Part shown: piece after piece, positions 16,081-25,200 of the stretch
Numbering within the stretch: the first letter of the stretch is position 1
Layout of the letters: the number at the start of each line of letters is the position of its first letter
Assembly: GCA_965242755.1 (NCBI GenBank)
Contig: OZ251500.1
Span: forward strand, 1,921,339 to 1,985,338
DNA length: 64,000 bases
Direction of reading: 5' to 3'
Source of the DNA: Dehalococcoidia bacterium
Lineage (GTDB): Bacteria; Chloroflexota; Dehalococcoidia; Lucifugimonadales; Australimonadaceae
Program-made: the position numbers and the translations under genes
Notes under the pieces: generated by a model
Seen by the model: the letters and a program-made list of their open reading frames with translations, nothing else
What the model was told of the DNA's origin: nothing
Database searches by the model: none

Positions 16081-19000
16081 ATGCCCATCGCCAACCTGAA
16101 CGACGCCCGCGAAGTCGACGGCGCCATCGGGCGCGTCTTCCGCGCCAACTCCGCCGACGAGCGCGAGGCCGCCGTCCGCAGCCTCTTCGTCGAGGCGCTG
16201 GACTTCGAGCGCGCGTCCGGCCTAGTCGCCCTGGACATGCGGCATGGGGCGGACGCGCGGCATAGGACGGGCGGCGCGTCCGCGAGCGTTAGGCTCCCCG
16301 AAGACGCCCGGCGCGTCGCCTCGCTCGACGGCGTTCACGTCCTCTACGTTGACCTCGCGGAGGGCGACGCGCCCCCGAACCGCGTCCGCGCGGCGGAGGC
16401 GGCGACGGCGGCGCAACGCATCGCCGAAAGCCTCGGCGAGGATCTGCTGCTCGTCTTCACCTGCGCGGCCTCAAGCGAACGCGCCGGCGGAGTCGGCCCC
16501 GCGTCGAGACCGGGGGCGTCGCAGGCTGGAGCCGGCGCCGCGTCGCAAATCCACGTCGTCCGGCCGGCGTTCCGCGGACGGCGGCCGACGCTTCGCAGGA
16601 TCGTCGTCGAGCGCGGACTGCCGCGGCGCACCGCCGTTCAGCAGGTCGCCAACATCTACGCCGAATGGACGACGACGCGCAACCTCCGCGGCGCCCTCGA
16701 CGCCGCCTTCGACGTGGAGCGCGTCACCAACGCCTTCTTCTCAACCTACCGCGAACTCTTCGAGGGCGCCGCCGCGCTTGTTCAGGGGTTCGCGGACGAC
16801 GAGGGCGACGAGAGGCGCCTGTTCGTCCTCACGCTCTTCAACCGGCTGATGTTCGTCTACTTCCTCTCGCGCAAGGGATGGCTGACGTTCCGCGGCGACA
16901 GGGAGTATCTCGACGCGCTCTGGGCCGACTATCAGGCCAACCGGGGGAGCGTCGGCTTCTACGGGGAGCGGCTGCGCCCCCTCTTCTTCGCCGGCCTCAA
17001 CAACTCCCAATCGCAAGACCTCAACTGGGAGGGCAAGCCGCTCGCCGCGCTCATCGGCAGCGTCCCCTTCCTCAACGGCGGGCTCTTCGCCGAAACGCCC
17101 CTCGACAAGCGCTCCGGCGTCGTCGTCCCCGACGAGGCCGTCAGGCCCGTCCTCAGCGAGTTGTTCGGCAAGTTCAACTTCACCGTGATGGAGTCCACGC
17201 CTTTCGACGTCGAGGTCGCCGTCGACCCGGAGATGCTCGGCAAGGTGTTCGAGGAACTCGTCACGGGCCGGCATTCGTCGGGCGCCTACTACACGCCGCG
17301 GCCCGTCGTCGCCTTTATGTGCCGCGAGGCGCTCAAGGGCTACCTCGCCGACCGCCTGCCCGCGCTGGGGCGGGACGACCTCGCCGCGTTCGTGGACGAC
17401 CGCGCCCTTACGCGGGCGACCGTCGACCATGCGGACGCGCTCCGCGACGCGCTGCGGGGCGCCGCCGTCGTGGACCCCGCCTGCGGCTCCGGCGCCTATC
17501 TGCTCGGCATGCTGCAGGAACTCGTCGAACTCGCGTCCCTGCTCGACGCCGACGCGCTCCGCGCCAGCGCCAACTATATGCACGACCTCAAGCGCCGCGT
17601 CATCGAGCGCAACATCCACGGCGCCGACAAGGACGAATTCGCCGTCAACATCGCGATGCTCCGCCTCTGGCTCTCCCTCGCCATCGAGCACGAAGGCGAC
17701 CGCCCCCAGCCGCTCCCCAACCTCGACTTCAAGATCGTCTGCGGCGACAGCCTCCTCGCCCCGGACCCCAACCCGGCGGACTATCCCGATCTGTTCCGGC
17801 GCGCCGCGCTCGAAAAGGCCGACGCGCTTGACCGCGCCAAAGAGCGCCACTTCGCCGCCGCAGGCTCCGCCAAGCAAGAGGCCGAACTCGACGTTCAGAA
17901 CGCGAAAGCCGCGCTCGCCGAAGCGCTCGAAGCCGCCGCTCCGGAAGGCGCCGTTGATTGGCGCATCGAGTTCGCCGACGTCTTCGCCAAGCGCGGCGGC
18001 TTCGACATCGCCGTCGCCAATCCGCCCTACGTCCGGCAAGAGGAGATCGGCCCCGCCAAAGCGCAATTGGAGCGGCTGTACGCCCCGGCTGCGAGGGGGC
18101 GCTCCGACCTCTATTGCTACTTCTACCTGCGCGCCCTCCAACTGCTCGCGCCCGGCGGCATGCACGTGTTCATCTGCTCCAACTCATGGCTGGACGTCGG
18201 CTACGGCGAGCCGCTGAAAGCGCAACTCCTCGCCGACGCCTCCGTCCGCGCCGTCTACGAAAGCGCCGTCGAACGGCAATTCTCCACCGCCGACGTCAAC
18301 ACCATCATTAGCATCATCCAAAAGACGCCGCCGCGGGGGGCGGCCCAAACGCGGTTCGTCTCCCTGCGGGCGGAGTTCGACTTGGCGCTGGCGGACGCGG
18401 AGAAACGGCGCGAGATTGTCGCAACGAGCGGTTCGGGGGAGACCAAGTCGGCGGATTTGGCGGCGTATCCTACGCCGCCAAATCCGCCGACTTCGCAATT
18501 TTCGGAATTCCGCCTTTCCGCCGCCGACAAGTGGGGAGCGGTCTACCTCCGCGCCCCGGACATTTATCACGCGATCCTCGCCAAAGGCGCGGGCAAACTC
18601 GTCCGCCTCGGCGACGTTGCGAATGTCAAATTCGGCATAAAGACCGGCGCGAACGACTTCTTCTACCTCGACCGCGCCGCCGTCGCCCATTGGGGAATGG
18701 AGGAGCGCTTCCTCGCGCCCGTGATGACCTCCCCGCAAGAGTCGCGCAGCATCCTGGTGGATCCCGCGACGCTCCCCTACCGCCTTTTCCTCTGCAACGA
18801 AGACCGCGAGGCTCTCGCCGGAACCGCCGCGCTCAACTACATCCGCCACGGCGAAGCGCAAGGCTTCCACAAGCGCAGCAGCGTCCGCTCGCGCAAACTC
18901 TGGTATGGGCTGGGGGACAGAGAACCAATTAACTTGGCTATGAACAAACTCGTGAACACGACCGCGCGAACATTCCTTGTCCGTAACGGCATGCTTTTCA

Positions 19001-19377
19001 CCGACAATTTTCAGATATTCGCATCCGACGCCGCTCCTGCCATCATCTGCGCTTTGATGAACTCATCAGTAACGCAACTGGCCGTCAACATCACTGCTCG
19101 AGCGAATTTCGGGCAGGGCGTGCTTGAGATACAAACCTACGAGACCGAAAACTTGCTGATACTCGACCCTTCAACGTATGGAGAGGCCAATGAGGACATC
19201 TTTCGTTCGGCGCAGTGGGACGTATTGGATCCGTCGGCGGAGCGTCGGGAGATAGACGGGGTAGTGTTCGATGCGTTGGGTCTGACGGAGGGGGAGCGGG
19301 CTGGGGTGTACGAGGCGGCGTCGGAGTTGGTGACGCGGCGCATTGAGAAGGCGAGGAGTCTGCGTAAGGGCGGGTAG
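16081..19377 (+). CDS. Large gamma-class N6-adenine DNA methyltransferase (Eco57I/PglX/type IIG-like) with a C-terminal specificity region
   Basis: Helical spacer motif LFVLTLFNRLMFVYFLSRKGWL, GAYYTPRPVV, motif I VVDPACGSGAYLLG, NIHGADKDEFAVNIAMLRLWL, and motif IV DIAVANPPYV. About 400 aa follow as a TaqI-like C-terminal region. The start is moved to ATG 16081 (MPIANLND) because the earlier start lies in a repeat module. Confidence 0.85.
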   Translation: MPIANLNDAREVDGAIGRVFRANSADEREAAVRSLFVEALDFERASGLVALDMRHGADARHRTGGASASVRLPEDARRVASLDGVHVLYVDLAEGDAPPNRVRAAEAATAAQRIAESLGEDLLLVFTCAASSERAGGVGPASRPGASQAGAGAASQIHVVRPAFRGRRPTLRRIVVERGLPRRTAVQQVANIYAEWTTTRNLRGALDAAFDVERVTNAFFSTYRELFEGAAALVQGFADDEGDERRLFVLTLFNRLMFVYFLSRKGWLTFRGDREYLDALWADYQANRGSVGFYGERLRPLFFAGLNNSQSQDLNWEGKPLAALIGSVPFLNGGLFAETPLDKRSGVVVPDEAVRPVLSELFGKFNFTVMESTPFDVEVAVDPEMLGKVFEELVTGRHSSGAYYTPRPVVAFMCREALKGYLADRLPALGRDDLAAFVDDRALTRATVDHADALRDALRGAAVVDPACGSGAYLLGMLQELVELASLLDADALRASANYMHDLKRRVIERNIHGADKDEFAVNIAMLRLWLSLAIEHEGDRPQPLPNLDFKIVCGDSLLAPDPNPADYPDLFRRAALEKADALDRAKERHFAAAGSAKQEAELDVQNAKAALAEALEAAAPEGAVDWRIEFADVFAKRGGFDIAVANPPYVRQEEIGPAKAQLERLYAPAARGRSDLYCYFYLRALQLLAPGGMHVFICSNSWLDVGYGEPLKAQLLADASVRAVYESAVERQFSTADVNTIISIIQKTPPRGAAQTRFVSLRAEFDLALADAEKRREIVATSGSGETKSADLAAYPTPPNPPTSQFSEFRLSAADKWGAVYLRAPDIYHAILAKGAGKLVRLGDVANVKFGIKTGANDFFYLDRAAVAHWGMEERFLAPVMTSPQESRSILVDPATLPYRLFLCNEDREALAGTAALNYIRHGEAQGFHKRSSVRSRKLWYGLGDREPINLAMNKLVNTTARTFLVRNGMLFTDNFQIFASDAAPAIICALMNSSVTQLAVNITARANFGQGVLEIQTYETENLLILDPSTYGEANEDIFRSAQWDVLDPSAERREIDGVVFDALGLTEGERAGVYEAASELVTRRIEKARSLRKGG

Positions 19378-19486
19378 GGGGCGCGCCCCAACTCCCCTCT
19401 CCTTCTGGGAGAGGGGCCGGGGGTGAGGGCGGTTCCGCGCAGGGCGGCGACCCTCACCCGCCGCTACGCGGCTGCCCTCTCCCGGA

Positions 19487-19630
19487 GGAGACCTTTGCAT
19501 AACTCCCGGGCCCCAGTAGGTTCCCGCTTTCGCGGGAACGACGGGGCGCTTACGTAGGAGAGGAGCGGCGCTCCGCGCCGCCTGGATTCCCGCCTACGCG
19601 GGAATGACGGTAGGTTATGCAAAGGTCTCC
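19487..19630. mobile_element. MITE-like element (144 bp) with perfect 17-bp TIRs, followed by a partial second copy up to 19712
   Basis: GGAGACCTTTGCATAAC at 19487-19503 is the reverse complement of GTTATGCAAAGGTCTCC at 19614-19630. The interior is the reverse complement of the units at 51834-51954 and 60027-60140. The right half is repeated at about 19646-19712. Confidence 0.55.
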
Positions 19631-19806
19631 AAAGGGAGAGGGCGGGAGCGGCGCTCCGCGCCGCCTGGATTCCCGCCTACGCGGGAATGACGGTAGGTTA
19701 TGCAAAGGTCTCCCTCTGGGAGAGGACGGCGCGCAAGCGGGTTCGGGGAGCCTGCTCGCGCCCGGCCCTCCCCCAGATTCTGTTAAGATGAGCAGAGGGA
19801 GACGCT

Positions 19807-20448
19807 ATGCCTGTTCCAGCCAACCCGAAGATCTACCACATCGTTCACGTAGACCGCCTGCCGTCCATCGTCGCGGACGGCTTTATTTGGAGCGACGCGG
19901 AGGCTGGTCGGCGCGACGCGCCCGGCACGACGATCGGCGTGGACAAGATCAAGCGGCGGCGGCTGAGCGAGTTGACGTTGGGCAACAGCCATCCGGATTT
20001 GCATGTGGGCGAATGCGCCCCGTTCTACTTCTGCCCGCGCTCCGTGATGCTGTACGTGATCCACATGGCGAACCTCCCTGAACTGACCTATCAGGGCGGG
20101 CAAGGCCCAATCGTTCACTTACAGGCCGACCTGCGCCAATCAGTCGCTTGGGCGGACGCCAACCGCCGCCGCTGGGCGTTCACGACATCCAGCGCCGCCG
20201 CCAAGGAATTTGAGGATTACAACGACTTGGCTCATTTAGACAAGGTCGACTGGGACGCGGTGGAGTCTCAGGATTGGCGAGGACGTCGGGGGAAGCAAGC
20301 AGAATTCTTGATGGAACATTCGTTCCCGTGGAGTCTGGTTGAGCGCATTGGCGCTCACTCGCCCGAAATCTGTGATAGAGTGCGGGTGGCGATGACGGGA
20401 GCGGAACATCAGCCGGTTGTCGAGGCGACCCCGACCTGGTGCTACTAG
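19807..20448 (+). CDS. darT: DarT (DUF4433) DNA ADP-ribosyltransferase toxin
   Basis: KIYHIVHVDRLPSIV, APFYFCPRSVMLYVIH and RRGKQAEFLMEHSFPWSLVERIG match the DarT pattern, including the catalytic Glu context QAEFL. Confidence 0.85.
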   Translation: MPVPANPKIYHIVHVDRLPSIVADGFIWSDAEAGRRDAPGTTIGVDKIKRRRLSELTLGNSHPDLHVGECAPFYFCPRSVMLYVIHMANLPELTYQGGQGPIVHLQADLRQSVAWADANRRRWAFTTSSAAAKEFEDYNDLAHLDKVDWDAVESQDWRGRRGKQAEFLMEHSFPWSLVERIGAHSPEICDRVRVAMTGAEHQPVVEATPTWCY

Positions 20449-20463
20449 CGAGAGGCGGCGGCG

Positions 20464-21495
20464 ATGATCGAGTACAAGACAGGCGACATTACGGGCGAGG
20501 ACGCCGAGGCGCTCGTCAACACGGTCAACTGCGTTGGCGTTATGGGCAAGGGCGTCGCCTTGAGTTTCAAGGAAGCCTTCCCCGACAACGCGCGGGCATA
20601 CGCAAGGGCTTGCGAGCGCAAAGAGGTCGAGCCCGGGCGCATGTTCGTGTTCGAAACGGAGTCGCCCGCCAACCCGCGCTACATCGTCAACTTTCCGACC
20701 AAGCGGCACTGGCGCGGCAAGAGCAAGATGGAGGACATCGAGTCCGGCCTCGCGGCGCTGGGCGAAGAAGTGCGGAGCCGGGGGATACGGTCCATCGCCT
20801 TGCCGCCGTTGGGCAGCGGGCTCGGCGGGCTGGACTGGAGCGCGGTGCGCCCGCGCATCGAGAAAACCATCGGGGCGATGGAAAGCGTCAGAGTCGTTGT
20901 CTTCCAGCCAAGCGGTCAAGCGCAGCCGTTCGTCCCAAGTCCCCTTGCGCCGAAGATGACGGTAGGCAGGGCGGCGCTCGTCGCGCTGATCGACCGCTAC
21001 CTGGCGGGGCTGCTGGACCCGTTCGTAACGTTGTTGGAGACCCAGAAACTCATGTACTTTATGCAAGAGGCGGGCGAACCGTTGAACCTGCGGTTCCAGG
21101 AAGGCCATTACGGCCCCTACGCCGACAACCTGCGCCACGTCCTGAAAGCCATCGAAGGCCACTTCGTGTCGGGCTACGCCAGCCGCGACGCCCCGGATGA
21201 GACGATAGACCTCGTGCCCGGGACGGTTGACGACGCCAACGCTTTCCTGCAAGACCACCCCGAAACCCGAGTGCGCTTTGAGCGCGTGAGCGACCTCGTT
21301 GACGGCTTCGAATCGTCCTTCGGCCTCGAACTGCTGGCGACGACGCATTGGGTCGCATCGCCGTCCGCGCCGCCTGAAGAGGTCATCGCCCGCGTCCACG
21401 CTTGGGGCGAGCGAAAGCGGCGGTTCTCGGAACGGCAAATCCGCCTAGCCCTAGACGCGCTCGGCGAAAAGGGCTGGATCGAGTCCCCTGCGTAG
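20464..21495 (+). CDS. darG: DarG macrodomain antitoxin (DNA ADP-ribosyl glycohydrolase)
   Basis: GDITGEDAEALVNTVNCVGVMGKGVALSFKEAFP...IVNFPTKRHWRGKSKMEDIESGL...IRSIALPPLGSGLGGLDW is the DarG macrodomain signature. A ~190-aa C-terminal domain follows. The gene starts 16 nt after darT. Confidence 0.85.
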   Translation: MIEYKTGDITGEDAEALVNTVNCVGVMGKGVALSFKEAFPDNARAYARACERKEVEPGRMFVFETESPANPRYIVNFPTKRHWRGKSKMEDIESGLAALGEEVRSRGIRSIALPPLGSGLGGLDWSAVRPRIEKTIGAMESVRVVVFQPSGQAQPFVPSPLAPKMTVGRAALVALIDRYLAGLLDPFVTLLETQKLMYFMQEAGEPLNLRFQEGHYGPYADNLRHVLKAIEGHFVSGYASRDAPDETIDLVPGTVDDANAFLQDHPETRVRFERVSDLVDGFESSFGLELLATTHWVASPSAPPEEVIARVHAWGERKRRFSERQIRLALDALGEKGWIESPA

Positions 21496-21511
21496 AAGGC
21501 GGGAGGCGAAT

Positions 21512-22063
21512 ATGATGCTCGCGCCGGTTGACCCAATCGAAAGCCACGCCGCCCACAGCGAACGGCTGCTTGACCACGCGGCGCGGATGATCGAGGAAGG
21601 CGACCGCGTTCAGGCGTGCGAGAAGATTTGGGGCTCGGTGTCGCACCGCCTCCGCGAGATCGCCTACAAGCGCGGCTGGCCGGTCAAGGCGAACGCCGAC
21701 TACCGCGACGTCGCCCGCTACGTCGCGCAGGAGACGGGCGACGAGGAGTTGCAGGGGTTGGGGGCGTTTCAGGCGTATCACGTCAACTTCTACGAAGACA
21801 CGATGGACGAGGCGGACATCCGGGAAGGGCTGGAGAGGGCGCGGCGCGCATGCGAGGAACTGGACGCGGCGGACGCGGCGCTGGACGAGAGTCTCCCTCC
21901 GCCGCATGGCCCGGCGTTCCGCTCCTACGAGCGCCGGCATGGCCTCGTTCCGAACCCGCCGTATTCGGCGGAAGAGTGGGCGGAGCATTGCCGTCGCCAA
22001 GACCGGCTCGCCGAGCGGGCGAAGGCCAACGCCGCGCGCGCCGGATTCCCGCCGTCCGCCTAA
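21512..22063 (+). CDS. PaREP1-like (HEPN-superfamily helical bundle) protein
   Basis: EEGDRVQACEKIWGSVSHRLREIAYKRGWPVKANADYRDVARYV...FQAYHVNFYEDTMD matches the PaREP1 pattern (GD..qA.EK.WGA....lKa.A..rGW....H..l...v......A..LH.NFYE). It starts 16 nt after darG and is preceded by GGGAGG. Confidence 0.5.
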   Translation: MMLAPVDPIESHAAHSERLLDHAARMIEEGDRVQACEKIWGSVSHRLREIAYKRGWPVKANADYRDVARYVAQETGDEELQGLGAFQAYHVNFYEDTMDEADIREGLERARRACEELDAADAALDESLPPPHGPAFRSYERRHGLVPNPPYSAEEWAEHCRRQDRLAERAKANAARAGFPPSA

Positions 22064-22212
22064 CGGACCCCGGCGCCCCCCGCCATGACCGCGTAGGCGG
22101 GGATTCTCCTGGGATGCAGGGAAGGCAAAAGTCGCTTACGGGGAAATGCGGCGCGCGGAGCCGCATATGCTACACTCGGCGGGCCGCGTAGGCCCAACCT
22201 CCTCCCATCGCA

Positions 22213-25200
22213 ATGAACGTTCTGCACGCCCGCACCGATCCGCCTCTGCTTGACCGGCTCAAGGAGATGCTGGCGCATTCCGCGCGGGCGGACTTCGCCG
22301 TCGGCTACTTCTTCATCAGCGGATTCGAGGCGGTCGCGGATAGTCTGGCCGGCGTCCAAAAGGCGCGGATTCTCGTCGGGCATGCGGACAAGCAGGTGAC
22401 GGAGCAGGTCGCCTACGGGCTGCAGCAGGCGGAGGCGATTCGGGCGCGGCAAGAGGCGGACGACTCCCCGCGGCGGCGGGAGCGAGAGGAGTCGGCGCGC
22501 CGCGCCGCCGAGAACGTCGGCAAGGCGGCGTCGCTGATGCCGCAGGACGCCGCGTCGGAGCGCGCCGTCGCCGCGCTGCGCGACCTGATCGCGTCGGGGC
22601 GCGCGGAGGTCCGCTCCTACGCGCGCGGGCCGCTCCACGCCAAGGCGTACCTCTGCTGGTACGAAGGCCACGCCGAGCCGGGGGCGGCGGTGGTGGGGTC
22701 GTCCAACCTGACGCTGGCGGGCTTCACGCGCAACACGGAACTGAACGTGCGCGTGACCGGCGACGCGGAGATGCGGGAGTTGGGCCGCTGGTTCGACGAA
22801 CTGTGGGAGGACTCCGCCGACATCGGGCAGGAGATCGTCGAGGAACTGAACCGCTCATGGGCGCTCGCGCGCACGACGCCCTACGAGGTCTACCTCAAGG
22901 CGCTGTGCGAACTCTACGGGGATGAGGCGGGAGAGCCGCTGCCGCTCGCGCCTGGCCGCTCCGAGGAACTGGCGAACTTCCAACTGGACGCGGCGGCGCG
23001 GGCGCTGCGGATGATTGACGAGCGCGGGGGCTGCTACATCGGGGACGTGGTGGGGCTTGGGAAGACGTTCATCGGGGCGGAGATCCTGCGCCAGTTGCGC
23101 GTGAGTTATCCGAACGACGGGCCGCCGCTCATCCTCTGCCCCGCCGGGCTCGTTCCGATGTGGCGCCGCTTCAACGAGCGATTCGGACTCGGCGCGGAGG
23201 TCGTCTCGCACAGCATAATCGGCGAACCGCCCGGGCAGGAGTACGACGACGAATTAGGGCGCTACGTGGACGCGGACGCGCCCGGCGGCGGGATCATTCT
23301 GCGCGAGGCGTACCCGAACCGCGGCGCCGTGCTGGTGGACGAGGCGCACAACTTCCGCAACGTCAACCGCCGCTCGCGCGGCCTGCGGAACTACCTCGAA
23401 TCGGGCTCCCACAAAGTCGTCCTCCTCAGCGCCACTCCGCAGAACCTCGGCCCGATGGACGTCTACCGGCAGTTGCGCCTCTTCCTCGACGAGACGGCGC
23501 ACGGCCTCGACATCGACCCCGTCAACCTGGAGGAGTACTTCCGCAACGCGCAGCGCTGGCGCGAATTCCGCGCCGACGACGAAAACTACCGCAAGTCCTA
23601 CGAGAAATGGGAGCGCGGCGGGCGAGCCGGCCCCGCCCCAATGAACAAGCCGTCGCCGCCCGGCGTCCCCCGCGCCGACGTCGAGAATGTGCTGCATCCG
23701 GTGTTCATACGCCGCCGCCGGAAGGACATCGTCGAAATCTACGGCGCAAGCGCGGAGGTCAACGGCAAGCCCGTTCGCTTCCCCGAGCCGCGCCTCGACA
23801 ACCTCTCCTACCGCCTGGACGCCGTCTACAAGAAAGCGGGCGCGCTGCCCGACCTGATGGCGGCGCTGGATGCTCATACGGGAGCGCGCTACCGCGCCGC
23901 CGAGTACGTGAAGCCGGAAGCCCGCGACAAGCCGGAGCACCGCGACCTCTTCCGCGCCGGAGACCGCATCGCCGGCCTGATGCGCGTCCAACTGCTCAAG
24001 CGGCTGGAGTCCAGCATCGAGGCGTTCCGCTCCACGCTCAACTCGCTCGCCCAGAGCAACCGCAAATTCGCGCAAGCGCTCAAATCCGGCTATGTCCCCA
24101 TCGGGCGAACCGCCGCCCGGATGCTCGCGGGGCAGGGATTCGGCGCGGACGAACTGCTCGACGTCTTGCGCCAGGAAGAGGAGCGGCGGGGCGGCGCGGG
24201 CGGCGGAAGCCGCGGCAAATTCACGCATGCGGCCGCGGACTTCCGCGTCAAGGACTGGATCGCCGACCTCGACAAGGACCACGCCGCGCTGAGCGGGTTG
24301 CTCGACAGGGTGAAGGACATCGGCCCCGAGGACGACAGCAAACTCGCCGCGCTCCGCGAGTTCCTCAAGCGCCCCGACGTTCAGGCGGGCAAACTCCTCG
24401 TCTTCTCGGAGGCGGAGACCACGATCGACTACCTCTACCGCCAACTGAATCCGGACGGCGCCGACCCGTCCATCGCGCGACTCTCCGGCTCGAACCGCGA
24501 TCAGATTGAGCAGATCACGCGGCGCTTCTCCCCGGGCTCGAACGGCGGCGCGCCAAGCGGCGCGGCGGAAGCGCGCGCGCTCCTCGCGACCGACGTCGTG
24601 TCGGAGGGGCAGAATCTGCAGGATTGCGCCCGCGTGCTCAACTACGACCTCCACTGGAACCCGGTGCGCCTCATTCAACGCTTCGGTCGCGTCGACCGCA
24701 TCGGCTCCGAACACGCCTTCATCCACCTCCACAATATGTGGCCGGACATGGAAGTGGACGCGAGGCTTTCCTTGACCGAGCGCCTCCGTAACCGCGTCCA
24801 GTGGTTCCACGACCTCATTGGGCTGGACACGAAACTCCTCTCGGAAGCGGAGCGGCTGAACGGCGCGGCGATGTACCGCATCTACGAACGCAAAGAGTTG
24901 CCCGATGACGAGGATGACATGGACGAGGCGGCCGCGGGCCAGCGCGGCGTCGCCTTGCTCCAACGGATCAGGGAGAGCGATCCGTCGCTCTGGGAACGGC
25001 TCGCCTCGCTCCCCGACGGGATCCGCTCCGCGCTGCGCGTCAGGTCCGCCCAGGGCTCGGAGCCAGGCGGCGCGCAAGCGGGCGGACGATCGGGCGAGGA
25101 AGGCGGCGGGGCGCAAATTCCGCTCGTGTCGCCGTCGGACCCCGGCGCGCCGCCGTCCGCGTTCGATCCGCCCCGGCCAGGCGAAACGCTTGCGCTTATG

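Noticed and set aside
16741-18165. 474-aa ORF on the minus strand, plus several 200-390-aa plus-strand alternatives in other frames
   Set aside because: They overlap the methyltransferase gene, whose frame carries motifs I and IV. The alternatives are Arg/Pro/Ala-rich without recognisable motifs.
19617-20081. ORFs translating the repeat elements (for example 19617..20081, 522..821, 458..652, 35364..35832, 43410..43751)
   Set aside because: They begin inside MITE or hairpin modules, and the same peptides (MQRSPKGEG, LCKGLPLGEG, SRLRGNDG) recur wherever the repeat occurs. They overlap real genes or exist only because the repeats lack stops.
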